A stretch of 64,000 nucleotides of DNA from the human T2T-CHM13v2.0 reference genome, Homo sapiens (GCA_009914755.4 CP086569.2:7840001-7904000); one strand, 5' to 3'; shown: positions 42,075 through 64,000, counted from the first letter of the stretch. Program-made: numbers and translations. The notes: generated by a model from the letters alone, not told the origin.

Positions 42075-43660
42075 CTAACTCTCTTTCAATGGAGGACATG
42101 TATAAAAAATCACTTTTCTTTCACATAATGGAATGAAATACAGTGGTTAAAATGAATGAAAAAGAACTGTCCATGTAAACATTTGCAATTTCAAAACTAT
42201 AACATGTTTGAAAACTGAATTGCAAGGGGATACATTTGGTATGCAATACTTATATACTCTTTAAATGCCTCTAAAGCAATGGTATATATACTGTATATCC
42301 ACTGTATATATATATAATATATATCCACTGTATATACACTATACATCAACTGTATATATATACTATATACACTGTATATATACTATATATCCACTGTATA
42401 TATACTATATATCCACTGTATATATATACTATATATCCACTGTATATATATACTATATATCCACTGTATATATATACTATATATCCACTGTATATATATA
42501 CTATATATCCACTGTATATATATACTGTATATCCACTGTATATATATACTGTATATCCACTGTATATATACTATATACAGTGTATATATACTATATATAC
42601 TGTATATATACAGTGTATACGGTATATATATACAGTATATACAGTGTATATATATACAGTGGATATATAGTGTATATATACTGTATATACACTGTATATA
42701 TACTATATACTGTATATATACTATATATACAGTATTTATACAATATATACACTATATATACAGTGGATATATAGTATATATAGTGTATATAGTATATATA
42801 TAGTGTATATAGTATATAGAGTGTATATACTATATATATACAGTGTATATATATTATATATATACTATTTCTTTAGAGGCATTTAAAGAGTATATAAGTA
42901 TGTAAATATTTCATACCAAATGTATCCCCTTGCAATTCAGTTTTCAAACATGTTATCGTTTAGAAATTGCAAATGTTTATATGGACAGTTCTATTTCATT
43001 CATTTTAACCACTGTATTTTAATCCATTATGTGAAAGAAAAGTGATTTTTCATACATACCCTCCGTTGAAAGAGATATACTATGTATCTCTTTTATAGTA
43101 TACTATATAGTATAAGATATACTATATATACACTGTATATATACTATATATGCTGTATATATACACTATATTTACTGTATACATACACTATATATACTGT
43201 ATACATACACTATATATACTGTATATATACTGTATAAATATACTATATATACTGTATATATACACTCTATACTGTATACATATACTATATACACTGTATA
43301 CATACTATATATACTGTATATATACTTCATACTGTATACATACTATATATACTGTATATATACTTTATACTGTATATACTGTATGTATGTAATATATACT
43401 GTATATATGTATACTGTATATATACACTATATACTATAATATATATAGTATATGTACGGTATATATAGTGTATATATACAGTATACATATTATATACACT
43501 GTATATATTACATACATACAGTATATACAGTATATAGTATATATACTGTGTATATAGTATATATACAGTATATATAGTATATACTGTATATATAGTGTAT
43601 ATAATATATACTGTATATATACTGTATATATGGATAAATATTTACTGTATAAAACATGAT
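42075..43660. repeat. Complex AT-rich palindrome: ~200-bp inverted unique arms flank a ~580-bp internally palindromic (ACTGTATATATAC)-type array, followed by a second ~580-bp palindromic TA-rich array
   Basis: The left arm (42075-42275) ends ...tgaaaactgaattgcaaggggatacatttggtatgcaatacttatatactctttaaatgcctctaaag. The right arm (42855-43075) begins ctttagaggcatttaaagagtatataagtatgtaaatatttcataccaaatgtatccccttgcaattcagttttca, a reverse complement at about 93% identity. In the centre, the unit ccactgtatatatactatatat switches to its reverse complement atatatagtatatatacagtgg near 42590. Confidence 0.85.
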
Positions 43661-45610
43661 GTGGGAGAATTACATGCAAAATTCAGGACAATGATTACCT
43701 ATGGAGAGAAAGAAGGAAGAAAGGATGGAGGTGTTGTAGAGCCTTCAATACTCTCACAATATTTATTTACTTTTTCAACTCCTAAGAGAGATTAACTGAC
43801 ATGGAAAAATGTTAACATTTAATTATTGCATTATATTTCATAAAGACATACCTTCCCTAGTATGCAGCAGTTACTGTTGTACATGCTTTACAAATATTAC
43901 TTGATTTAATTTTAATGGTAAAACCTGTGAGGTAGTATTAATATAACACTCATTTCCTAGATTACAAGACTAAGGTGAAGAAAGTTTAAATGGCTTGCAC
44001 AAATTCACATAGAGCTAGATTTGAAGCCAGGTATGTCTGTGGTCTATTGATATGATGCCCTTTCTTGCATGGCTCATTTCTTCAACATCAATAGTACATG
44101 TAGGTGGATATTTCCAATATATTTTTTCATACTTTGGGATTTTCTGAAAATTATCACAATTAAAATCAAACACTTAGAAATCCAGGAAATTCTGCTTGCC
44201 ACTATTCGGTGACGAAAGGACCACATATATGTAGAAAGCCGGTTGTTAGAAATAAGTCCCAACATAACAATAATTATTGATAGAGCAGGAGCACTGGCAT
44301 CTTGGACAAACACCACCACTTTAAATTCTGTCTCCTTTTGTGGCCTCATGCATTTCATGGAAATCACTTATCTTCTGACTACAAGCAGCTAAAAAGAGCA
44401 GACAGTAAAACACAAATAAGACAACTCAGCACAGAGGGAGGTGAAGGGAAAGTCTGTTGAGTAAATGTCAAACTTCGCCTCATACAATGGGCCCCAGTAA
44501 AACAGTGGGCCTTATTAAGTACACTCCTTTCCCTTCAGGTGCACCAAGTTAGGGAAGCTAAAAGTGGAATGCGGGGATAAGCCTGCAGCTGCAGAAAGAT
44601 GTATGGGAACAGGTACACAACTCTCCCTCCCAAACAAGCACAACAGAGACACAGAAGTAGTCCAAGCCTCTGATAAACTCTCCCACCCTTAATCTGTAAA
44701 AACTCTTAGTCCCTAAGAAAGTGTGTCTCTGACCTAACTCAGCCAGAAGGTGCCCTCTCAGGTTTGTTTTCTCTAAAATAAGTCTGTCCTTACTGGTGAG
44801 CCACCTTTTCTTCTTTCTTCTCTGTTTATTTCTTACAATCATAATAAATGTAAATGATCTAAACTCACTCATTAAATATCAGCTAAATAATACTTGCAAG
44901 AGAGAAGCCTAATGCATAAAGCACATGGGGACTGAAAATAAAAGGATAGGAGCAAATAAACTAGGTAAATGCTAATCAATAGAAAGATGATATATTTATA
45001 TTAATTTTATAAAAACTAAGCTTTTATACAAGAAAATATATATTTTTAAGAATAGAGAAGGCCACTGCTTCATGGAAGTCTCTCTTCAACAAGGGGTTAG
45101 TTACTTAAAATGTGTGTGCACCTAATAAAATTAGCACACATATCTAATAAAAAAGGATATAATTTCAGGGATTTTTTTTTTACTCTACTCATATGGTAAT
45201 TTTATGTGTCAGTCTGACTGCGCAAGTGTGCACCCAGATGTGTGGTCAGGCATTATTCTGTTGTGTCTGTGGGGGTGTTTCTGGATGAGATTAACGTTTT
45301 AGATAATGAGTAAAGAAAGATATAAGACTTGGGTAGAACAAAAAGGATAAAATAAAGGGGACTACTTCCTGCCTAATTGTATTTGAGCTGAGGCTTTGAA
45401 TTCTTCTGCCATTAGATTCAAACTAAAACCTTGGCTCTTCCCAGATCTCAAGGTTGTCACCCTTCAAACTGGAAACACACCATTAGCCATCCTGGTTCTC
45501 TGGCCTTTGGTATCAGACTATAACTATACTATCAATACTCCTGGGTCTCCAAATTGCCAACTGTGTTTATTAGAACTTGCCAGCCTTCCTAACTGCAGGA
45601 ATCTATATAT

Positions 45611-45680
45611 TTGTGTGTGTGTGTGTATGTGTGTGTATTTGTGGGCATCTGTGTGTATATACACACACACATATATGCAT
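45611..45680. repeat. (TG)n / (CA)n microsatellite
   Basis: tgtgtgtgtgtgtgtatgtgtgtgtatttgtgggcatctgtgtgtatatacacacacaca. Confidence 0.85.
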
Positions 45681-48275
45681 TGTATTTATTTCTGCCACTG
45701 TGGAGAATCCAGAAGAATATAACTTCCAAAATGGGTGATTTCAATAAAAATTTTTTGGAGATTGATAGGTCAGGTTTACAAAAAGAAAACATTAAAAACA
45801 AGTCTTGAAAAATTAAGTAAACATTCTAATAGAAACATATCAACTTCTAAGTACTATAATTAGAGAAAAACAATATTCCCAAACACAAATGAAACTTCAC
45901 TATTACCATTTTACATTTGGTCACATGATAGTATGTAAGCAAGTCTTAACAAATGTCAAATAATCACTGTCATAAACACCACAATTCTTTGACCTCATGC
46001 AATTAGGTTTAAGTAAGTTACAAATGATTTTTTTCAGTCACTGTTTACTGGAAAAATGAAAAATAAAAAACACACAAGAAAGCAGTTCTCATGAATCTTT
46101 TGGATCTATACATCAAAAGAATATTAAAATGTACTCACATATGTATAGAAAGATGTCTGTGTAAGATCTTACTGTTTTTCTTTGTTGTTGTAGCAAAAGC
46201 CTCGAAATGACATAGTTGTTCAACATGAAATAAGGAACTTCTTTAGTACAGTATTTTGCCTCCAGAAGATGGTATGTGATAGCTGTTAGTGTTATTAGAG
46301 AACAAATTTGCTCTTTGTTGATAAAGTAGGATTAGGATAAATAAGGTAGCTACAGAACAGCACATAGAGTATACACTCACTTTAACTTTAAAATTCTGTT
46401 TTTATATATATATCTGAGAAATTGAACAAACTTCTATTAGGGACAACTGCAGAATGCAAAATTATACATCTGGGCTCACGTACTCTGTTTTGTTGTCTAA
46501 TTTGTTTTTTTCATCTCCTCTATGCATTTACAACTTAAAAATACTATTTAAAATGTAGAATGAATCAAAGAAACCCAGTCTAAAAGTACATCTTCTAAAA
46601 TGTTGTCAAATGGCTTTCAGATCCTTGCACAAGTGACTTTTTCCTTTGGTTTTAGCACTGGCATGTGCATTGGAATACTCTTCAATAAAATTCATCCTTG
46701 TGAAAGTATACCATATGGTGTCATCAGTAAATTACTGTAAAAAGGATAATTGGATTTTGAAACCATAATTCTCTGGACTAAAGACACTGGGTGCCATGGA
46801 AAGGAAAGGAGACACCTGGAAATGAGAAGGTAAGCTAAAGACACTGATACTTCCTAGGTCTGACAACAAAATTTCAGGTTGAGACTTCACCGAATGATCT
46901 TAAAATTCTTGAAAGATTTCCTGCAGGCCCTATTTCTCCAGATAAGAATGTCAAGCTCTGCAATATTCTTCATTGTAATACCTGGTCTGAAGGGAAAAAT
47001 GATTGAGGTTCTGGGGAAAGTGAATAGAGAACTCTGAGGAAAGCAATGGTTAACATAGTCCTCAAACTTAAAAGCACCAAATTTACATAAGCATAATTTT
47101 TTAAAAGCCAGCATAATTTTAATTTTATTATAGTCATCACCTGCAGACACTGTTTATTTTGGGGAAGTGAATACAGAAATCTGAAAAATCAAAGCCTGAT
47201 GAGAATACTTAAATTAAGCACACTCCAGATGCCCAAATCTGAAAAGCAAAGGTGTTTCTCATATAACAGCCCAAATTCTGCATTTCTTCTCTATTGGGCA
47301 GTGTAATATTGCACATATGAAAAACAAATGGAGCATTAAGTAAAAAATAATGTATTAAGAGGAGTCATTGCTTAGTGAGTGAAAAACGACACACAAATAC
47401 ATTGAGAAGAAAAGGAAGACAGTGATAAAAAATATACTATTGATTTATATCAGAATAATTTTTATTTTGTTTATTGCCATTAAATAGTACCATTACAATA
47501 ATACAATTTTGTATATTGACTTCTGACATGTGTGTGATTTTTATTTTGTGTATTTGGAAACCTGATCAAGGTTTTTTTAGATATTTCATTTTTTTCCCAA
47601 ATTTGCTACCTAATAGGTACCTAATGCTAGTTGCCTGAATACCTCTCACTAAGTCGTTTGTCTTTTCCTATTACTTTTAATATGAACTTGGTGTGTATTT
47701 CGTTGGCATCTTTACTAAATCTACCGGTGTTGAAGTTGTTCAGAATTCAGTCTTGGATCCTCTTGGGTTTTCTCAAGGCTAAAACACCCTTTCTATGCCG
47801 ACCATTAAGAAATTGCCAACTTCAGGCCAGATCTTTGTTCTACCTTCAGACTTGGCATATCCAACTGCATGCCTTACATCTCCACATACCAAACCAGACC
47901 TTCTTTTCATCCCCAAAACATGTTTCCTCTTACAGTATTCCACTATTTCAGAAATTCACAGCACCAGATACCCTTTATTTCAAGCTAGAAATGTAGAGGA
48001 TGATCCTTGAGGCAGCCTCTTCTCAATGACTCTTCATCATTTACATCCAACACTTCACAGGTTGTGTGTCCTCTACAAAAATTATATAGTCTTAGTAAAT
48101 AAAGACGGGCCCCTAAACAACCTTCAATCATCCACTTTTTTTTTTTCAATTCATGTCGTTTTCTTTATGGAACAGCTGGAGTTCTGCAAAGTCAATGTTG
48201 GAATAAGTACCATTCTCTGCCAGTATTACTATTTTCTTTATCACGAGATAAATGTTCCTCAAAAATGCCCACACA

Positions 48276-48616
<341 letters not shown>

Positions 48617-51600
48617 CTAAGTAACAAAATTAAATAACGTCTTTCTTTTATAGAAAAGTGTAAGGCAAACAGAATCAATTGTTATTATATGATCTTTATA
48701 ACTACACACACAGGTACTAGATATTTTAGACCCCACTTCATACATCTGAAATTTGGGTCTCAAAATAGTTAGCTTATCTTAAAGTCTAATGTCATTTTAC
48801 AGAACTGCCTCTTTCCACAATATTGTGCTATCTCCCTTTAAGAACCAGCTGGGGAATCATTAAGAATAAAAAATGTCATTTTCTTGAACATCTCCAAGGT
48901 GAGCCAAAAATCTAAATTTTCTGTGGCGATGTTGTCATGTGCAATTTCACCAAAACTTTTACAAATTTAACCACAGTTATGCCTCAGTGGCCTACCCGTT
49001 TATCCAATACCCGCACACCTGCTTTAACACAGAAAAATTTGGAAGTTAATACAAGTATTAACTCTTATCATTATAGACACTGACATCTGAAGATGCTTTC
49101 CGATCTTCCATGAATATGTGAAATACAAAATGTCAGTAGTCTCCAAAATGTGAACGTAATCTTAGTAGAAGTGGATCATCTACAGAAGGTAATTTTGCCA
49201 CAGTGGTCAAATATTTTTGTTAAATACTCCTGTTTTACAGACATGCATAGCATTAACTGACACACAGTGTATAGCTAGAAACATGTTCTTAAGGAAAATG
49301 TTCAGAAACAGATTTCTTACTTTTTTGCTAAATTGCAAACTAACAGGTTAATAACTGCTGTGAAGTGCTAGATAGTTGGAGTAGTATTTACCAAGAATGA
49401 GAAAGAAGATAGGGGCATATGATTGAGAAGGTGGGAGTGAGGAAAAGAAAAGGTATTTATTCCTGACTCCTCACTTGATGTTGTTTATTTTCATTTTGTT
49501 GTTGTTATTGTTTTACTTTATCTTATGTGTCAGACCAGAGTTTCACAAACATCCCCAAATAATTACGTGGGTCATAAAAATATATCCAGATACTTCTCGT
49601 TATTTTCCTTCAAAATCCTGGTTCAATCATTTGAAATGAGACCTGGAGAACCAGTAATTCTATCAAGTATGATAAGTGATTGTTACCAAAATGACTATTG
49701 TGAAATATTTAGAAAACCATGCAGGAGCTAGGTAATCAACATGTAATAATTGGTTCTTACTGTAGGATAAAGGATTTTATTGAAATGACTATTCAAATTT
49801 AGGTTTTATGAAAAAGAAAACTTGAGCACTTTAGTGCTTTCTAATTAGTATGTTTAAAATACCTTTTGCTAAAGTGGCAATTTTTTTTTTTCATTAGAAG
49901 TTAGCATTATGGCCACAAATGCCTTCTGAGTTAGCTTTTTGAAAATCTTCAGATCCTAAATTCTAAAAATTATCTTGGGGGTTTATAAAACTCCAGAAAA
50001 CCACTAAGAAAAATATACATAAAAATACCAGTATCCAAAACATCAAAATAACTCTTACAAGTAGATAAGAAAATATGTAGACAATCTAGCCCAGTAGAAG
50101 AAAGCAGGACAGGTAAATAAATCCATTTTAGAAAAGAGGAAAGTCACATGACCAATGAAGAATGGGTAGATGCTTGAGCTCATTAGTAATCTGGGCGTAT
50201 CAATCAAAACCACATTATGTTCCAACTTTTGTTCATTAGCTTGGCAACAAAATAATAATACCAAGTGTAGTCAAGGGTGTAAGGAATGGTAATTTGGTTC
50301 CATCAATCACAGGACTATCTAATGATATTTGGTGAAATTAGGGTGACTAAAACTTTTATTGCTCCAATGGAAACTTTTTTTAGAATAAAGAGTAAAAACA
50401 TATACAAAATTATTTAATATTTATTATATGATTTCCTTACAGGCAATTTTTTTATTATATCAATGAATCTATAAAATAGTTATCTTCTAACTATTTTTGA
50501 AAATTAAATCCCTTCAAAAATTTAAAACCACAATTACATATCTTGAGGCAAAGTAGAAAAATAACTTCTTTATATTTATTATTTAAATATTAAAAATAGT
50601 AGGCAGAATAATTATTCTAGAACATATTTATATGAATTAATCTGTTTCTTAACAATAATTATCTGTAGTTCTTTTCTGGAAAATGCATGTGTTTTAATAT
50701 TATATTGATTTTTAAATAAAGTTACTTGCAAGCTTTTCCAAAGTTGCTTCTTCTTGTCACCAATAAAAGTTATTTTAGCTTTTTAAGTGAAGTTTAAATA
50801 AATTTATCATATTCAATGTTTTTTTTCTGGCACAATAATATATCCACAGCTTTATTTTGGACCCAATGATTGATTAAATATTCAAAACACTTTTTAATGT
50901 AATTTACCTCTTTGAAACATCTAAATGGCATTATTCAACTCTTGTAATTTCTTCTGGAGCTAATGGAGCTAACATGTTAACAATTACTGATGCATATTTC
51001 TTAAGTGTAGGAAAATTGGAATTAAAAATATACACAATTGATTTTAAAAAATTGTAATGTGATGTAAATAAAAAGCCAAGCATCTCGGAATTATATGCTT
51101 AATTTTTCCAAATTCACATAATAAACCTGTGAAAATGTCATCTTCAGGCATAGTTTTCTTAATGTAACTAAGTATTACCTTTTGAAATAGCAGCTGCTTT
51201 TTCCCCTCAGACCTCTATATTCTGGATTTCGGGATATCACTTTTAGCCTTGTGGTCCCAACATAGACTACCAGACTTTATGATTACACCATGTGTTTATT
51301 GACACTTTTCAACCTATAATCTGATTGAAAGGGAAACTGAGTAGTTTAATTAAATATCTACTTGCATTTTTAGGCCATTGCTGCTGAAACAGAGTTTTTT
51401 TAAAAATAGTCATTAGCAAACAGGCCATAAGTAAATAGTTGTAGGTATATGAGAGATGACAAAAACACTATGGCCAGACCAATTAACTACTCTCTGTGTG
51501 CTCAGCTTCTATTTCCAGCACAAAATTTACATATATGTACCTATTATTTCCTTCATTTTCCCCAAACCCGCCATATGATGACCTGGCAGTGTCACGTAAG

Positions 51601-52904
51601 TGAGCCACATAGAAAAAAGCAAAACAAAACAAAAAACTACATCAAATACTTCTTCCGTCACCAGGCAAGATTGGAAGAAACTAGCCTTTTCTAGCCAATA
51701 CTGACTCAGTGCATATTGATTTATTATCAAGCACTCTGCTGCATGCTGTCCTTGAAAAAGAAGCATTATCTATGTTTCGTATAAACTGTGTTAGGAAAAT
51801 AAAGTTGATTTTCAGACTTATACCCCAAGTCATCATTCTGTTAATATTTTATTTTCTTCACATACTGATAGAGCCTTGACAATGGCTGTAATTATTAAAC
51901 AAAATGAGCATTTAACAAACACATGCTGGTCCTAATCAATGTAACTTATAATAATACTTCATTAAAAATGAAAAATCTAAGACATATGCTAAGCCAATTA
52001 GCATGGATGAACAATAGTTATAAAGTAGTAGCCCTAGAACCTAATGAGAACATTTTATCTCCTCAAAGTTAAAACTGTATGCACACTGTAGTTCAGCCAT
52101 TCTTCTAGTACATTCATTAGAAACTCTCACACATGTGTACTTAGAGGCATAAGGAAGGTTTTTCATTGTAACATTTCAATAAACACATCATGGAACATGA
52201 TGGAATTCAGTAGACTGAGAACTATGCCATCAATAATGGCAGCTCTCAACAAGAATGTTAACAAAAAAATGTGAAATAATGCATAGCTTATAATATTCAC
52301 ATAAACATCAAAAACTCACAAAACACCAGTATTGTTTAGAAATAAATATTTTAATAAATTTATGAAAAAATATGAAGGTAATACCAGGTTCATGATAATG
52401 GCACCTCTGGAAATGGAGAAAAACAAATGAACCTGATGGGGTGTATTCCAATTGCAACCAAAGGTAATGTAAATAGAACAAGGAATGTATTAATAGCTGT
52501 TATTTTTAAGTCAGGTTAAAATGATATTTATTATGTATATATTTTTTAATTTTACTCAAAAACAAAATAATTCTGTAATGAACAATATTCTGTATAAATT
52601 GCAATCACCTTGTGAAATAATTGCTTTAAAATTTCCCTGTCTCCATTGCCACTTTCAAGGAATTTAAAAAAAATAAAAATTGGAGAATATGGTGTCTTTC
52701 AAAGAAAAACATTTTACATATATAAGTATGAAATAAAATGTATTACCACCACATCACATTTTTGACTCATTATGCATGTAAAAATCATGTAGTGGAAAAA
52801 GAGAGAAGAACATAGCCAGAATTTGACCTATGAATAGAGGGAATAATTGTATGTTTATTTAAAATATCTTCTTAGGACATACAGGTGGCCAATAAATATA
52901 AGAA

Positions 52905-53690
52905 AAGTGCTCAACATCACTGATCATCAGAGAAATGCAAATCAAAATCACAAGATACCATCTCATACCAGTCAGAATAACTATTATTATTAAAAAGCCA
53001 AAATAAAAAAAAAAATAAGGAAGGTGGGCAAGGCTGCAGAGGAAATTAAATACTTATACACTGGTGAAGAGAATGTTCAGCCACTGTGGAAAGCAGTTTG
53101 GGGATTTCTAAAAGAACTAACAATAGAACTACCATTCTACCCAGCAATCCTCTTACTGTGTATATGCTCAAACAAAAATAAATCATGAAAGCTACCAAAA
53201 AGACACAAGAATTCTCATATTCATCACCATAGCAAAGACATGGAATCAACCTAGGAGCACATCCATGGAGGGTGGGATAAAGAAATTGTGGTACATATGA
53301 ACCTGGAATAGAGTACAGCCAAAAAAAAAAGAACAAAATCATGTCCTTTGCAGCAATGTGGATGCAGCTGGAGGTCAATAACCTGAACATATTAATGCAG
53401 AAACAGAAAATCAAATATTGAATATTCTCATAAATAGGAGCTAAAACTTGGGTGCACATAGAAATAAAGATGAGAACAATAGACACTGGAGTCTTCAATG
53501 GAGGGACAGAGGGAGAGGGGCAGGGGCTGAAAACCTTCCTATTGGATACTAGGTTCACTATCTTGGTGATGGGATCAATAGAAGACTAAATGTCAGCCTC
53601 ACACAATGTACCTTTGTAACAAGCCTGCACATGTACTCTCTGAATCTATAATAAAAATGGAAATAAAAAATAAAATAAAAATATTATTAA
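52905..53690 (+). mobile_element. Older L1 (L1PB/L1MA-like) 3'-end fragment
   Basis: gaaaagtgctcaacatcactgatcatcagagaaatgcaaatcaaaatcacaagataccatctcatacc...cagccactgtggaaagcagtttgggg...ccattctacccagcaatcc... It ends in an A-rich aataaaaatggaaataaaaaataaaataaaaat. Divergence from L1PA is much higher than for the other L1s. Confidence 0.75.
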
Positions 53691-55239
53691 AGGAAATAAT
53701 GTTACATTTTAGAATTGACATTATTGCAGTCATACATGATTTTAACATGCTGATAAAATCTATATAAGCTTTATGGAAACAGCAAATAGTCTCCTGACTG
53801 TCTTTAAAAGTATAAAAGATGGGATAGCCACCTTTATGCAAATTAACTAGACTTCAGTTGCACTAATTAAGAGAGCAACAGCTGAGTCAATCAAATGATA
53901 ATAGACAAGTTATAATTGATGTCAAAATTCTACGTTGTTATATACTGACTTTGAAATCACATCCCAAGTTGTATTCTACTTTGAGAAACATCACTCTACT
54001 AACATATAGAACAAAGATTGATTTTGCAGATTTGCATGATTTCAATGGAGCACATTTCATCTCCAAATATGATAAGCACTTTCCAATGCATAAAACACTG
54101 TTAGAAAAAACTGTCAGTCAGGCTAGACACACATTTCAAAGAGGTTTTGAGGTTGCAAATCACTAATTCCTCACACTCGTGTTACCATGATAATGTGAAA
54201 CACTTACATAGTGTTTCTTATCTTGAAAGAGCCTAGGAACTTTAATTAGTCCTTAGACTAACCAGTGAGAGAGTGATAAGAAGCCTCTTGAAGAGATCAT
54301 TAAAGTGTATAATTCACACTTGCTTAAATGTAATTCAGCATATGTGCATGTTGTGTTTTCCTAGCTTTCTATTTCAATCTTCAGAGAAATAATATTTATC
54401 TGTGAATATATGATGCATAGGCATTTATTATGAATAAAATTATGTAGACCGCACTCTTTCTGCCACTAAAAGCTAACAGATATATGTACATCCAGCACAC
54501 AGAAAAAACATCTGGTACATTCTGCTGTATTTTCTTTTCTTATTCAATTCATATCTCATCTTCAGGTATTTCAGAATGGACTTCATAGCTTTGAATAGGC
54601 TAAAACTTTTTAAATGAGGAATATACAATTCTCTGGTTAAATTTTATAACTACTTTAGTTTTTTGGAAAGTATATTAAAACTAAACATTCATAATTAGGC
54701 TGAATATAAAAGAATATCATATGTGAAAGCTTAACCCAAATGAAAGAATATTTAATATTCAATTTATAATTCTGTTCAGCAGGATTTCCTTCTCTGCAGG
54801 TACTGGCTACAGGGGTCTACCAAAACAAATCTATTTCTGCAGTGAATACCAACACTGGCTTATTCAGTATTCAGGAAAGATCTCTTTCAATCTGCAAAGC
54901 AGAATACAACTTTTCCTTGAGCAGGATAAATTCATATACAGTTTTATTGTTCAACTAAAATTTCAATACAAGTTAATCATTTTCCTTTTTATTACAAAGA
55001 AAATCTGGTTACTTTCTAATTACTTGCCCGAAATCTTTTTTCTATAACTATCTAAAATTACATAGACATACACATACGCATAAAAAGAAACAGTACAACT
55101 GGAAGACCAACCAATGTGTACATGTGTTCTGTTTTAAAAATCTTTCTACTGTACTATTTGCATTGAAGTTATAGTTGTAATTCAATCAATGACCTATTTT
55201 ATATGAGTGCCTAGGACATCACTGGAGAAAGTGTGTACA

Positions 55240-62290
<7,051 letters not shown>

Positions 62291-63221
62291 AATTTTTATG
62301 GGAGCCTAGGAACCATGCCTCCAAGGGACCAGGTCTCTGTATTATAGAACAGTGTTGGGGAGAGGTGAGTGATGTATCTGTAGGCATACAAACCCAGGAC
62401 CTGATACAAAGGAGTACCAGAGACAAATATAGTATCAAAGGATCAAGGGAGAAGCAGTCTCAGGAACGTTTCATGCATGATATTTGTGAAAAGACCAAAA
62501 AGTAAAACAGAGCTTATGTGGTAGTAAACATAACAAGAACATAAAGAAAAGCAGGCAAAATCATAAAGTTCATATTATTTACCTTCCCTTTATAGGATTT
62601 TGAAAATCCCTTCCAGAATCCTTTTCCCAAATATCTTCCATTCATGGATTCATTCAAGAAATATTTATTGAGCTAGTATGGTCTAAGAATTGGGCAGATG
62701 ACATCATGTGCACTGTTAGTACATCTATCATTGTTAGAAAGAATGTTTCTTTTTGTCTACAGTGTTTCCCTCCCAAACATGCTTCATGCAAATTGGAATC
62801 CTTACAGATGGGGTCAATTGTTTCTACCCTAAGAAGTTTCCCAAAAGCCATGTAAACCCAGTTAAGAACTTCCTTCCTCTCCAACTAAGTTACTAAATTG
62901 TATCTATTGTAACACTTGTCAGAGTGCATTGCAATTATTGCTCTTCTCTTCATTCTCCAATTTTTAACCGTGACTATTTTGAAGGAAAAGTCTATAAACA
63001 CAATGGCTTGACATTTGTCAATATTTATGGTAAAAAAGATTATTAGATATTTATATATAATATTCTAACATATTTATCCTAATTTTTGGAAAACAATATA
63101 AACAATGTTCACTGCCCATTCCCCATGAACTGCTGAACTTTATGCTTTTAGAGCAATTATACAAACTTGCAAAAAACACCTGAAAGTGTTTTTATTTTGA
63201 TTTATTTTGTTTTGTTATATT

Positions 63222-63482
63222 GAATTATTTTGTAGAGACAAAGTATTGTCCCTTGGCCCACGCTGAAGTGCAGTGTGCAATCACAGCTAACTACAACCTT
63301 GAACTTCTGAGTAAATAGAACAACAGATGTGTGCCATCATGCCCAATTTAATTAATTAATTAATTAGTTATATTTGTAATAGGTCTTGCTGTGTTGCCTG
63401 TGCTGGTCTCAAACTCTGGGCTTGAAAAAACCCTCCCTCCTCAGCCTCCCAAAGAGCTGGGATTCCAGGCATGAGCCACCAG
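63222..63482 (-). mobile_element. Old Alu (AluJ/monomer-like) fragment
   Basis: gagacaaagtattgtcccttggcccacgctgaagtgcagtgtgcaatcacagctaactacaacc...cctcagcctcccaaagagctgggattccaggcatgagccacc. Confidence 0.65.
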
Positions 63483-64000
63483 ATCTCAAAGAGTAAATTT
63501 TAGATTTTAGAATATTGCAATATGTTACACTTAATTTCTTCTTTCAGTTGTGCATTTGCAGTGGCACTTGAGAATAATTATTTCTTATGGTGAGAGTGTG
63601 ATTACTTATACTGGGTCACCAAATTTAGAAATCTTTATTCTGTTTACTTAAACCCTAATAACAGATAGTCAAGTCAGCTGAAAGTCAAGTATGTGGGTGT
63701 TTTTGTTTTGAGGTTATGAAGACAAATGTAGAGAGATATTAAGAACCAAAGATATTTATTTTATATATATGCTAAAGCTTTATCCTTGCAGGTGAGGCAT
63801 CATACATGGTATGGATAGTTTTATAAAATACCCTGAAATACATACTTTAGTAAGCACGTTAGCACTTGCAATTTCCCAGGTTTGTTTTCATCAGGAGTTA
63901 ATGATGTATGGCACTTCTAGTAAGTAAGTGAATGTTTAAATTGCTCTGAGTTATTTTAATCATTGCTCAGCTTAACCATTTAAGTTATCAAAGATCTTTA

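Noticed and set aside
42265-43679. ORFs of 66-169 aa rich in Tyr/Ile (42265-42774, 43150-43392, 43434-43679 and others)
   Set aside because: These are translations of the TA-rich (ACTGTATATATAC)n palindromic repeat. They are low-complexity with no start context or homology, so they are artefacts of the repeat, not genes.
53046-53558. 170-aa minus-strand ORF
   Set aside because: It is the antisense strand of an old L1 3' fragment, with no homology. A chance ORF.

Overview
This window is primate (almost certainly human or great-ape) nuclear DNA, not a prokaryotic or phage locus. I found no host protein-coding gene, tRNA, rRNA or CRISPR array, and no undescribed cellular system; none of the provided ORFs of length matches a host protein. 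The sequence is AT-rich, and roughly 45-50% of it is recognisable interspersed repeats: at least 13 Alu SINEs, six L1 pieces and two endogenous retroviruses. Several young Alus carry perfect target-site duplications (TSDs). One L1 is a full-length 6.1-kb element with TSDs but broken ORF1 and ORF2; another is a twin-primed L1 with a 5' inversion. An ERV9/HERV9 provirus lies on the minus strand (about 20770-28649) with LTR12-type LTRs and degraded gag-pro-pol-env, inserted into an older L1 fragment. A second, betaretrovirus-like (HERV-K/HML-like) internal fragment (about 16.5-20.06 kb) carries gag zinc knuckles and a pro-encoded dUTPase. The most interesting structures are three:
- A roughly 1.6-kb AT-rich, near-perfect palindrome with ~200-bp unique inverted arms (42075-43660), resembling a cruciform-prone palindromic AT-rich repeat (PATRR).
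- A local ~2.4-kb tandem duplication (55.2-57.7 kb and 58.0-62.3 kb) whose copies differ in CpG retention and in what has inserted into them.
- A nested insertion cluster at 16.5-28.8 kb (HERV-K-like fragment, then L1, then HERV9), including an odd second RT/RNase H fragment inside the HERV9 provirus.
All calls rest on reading the sequence and recalling repeat consensus sequences. No database search was run, and coordinates are approximate to within about 10 bp.
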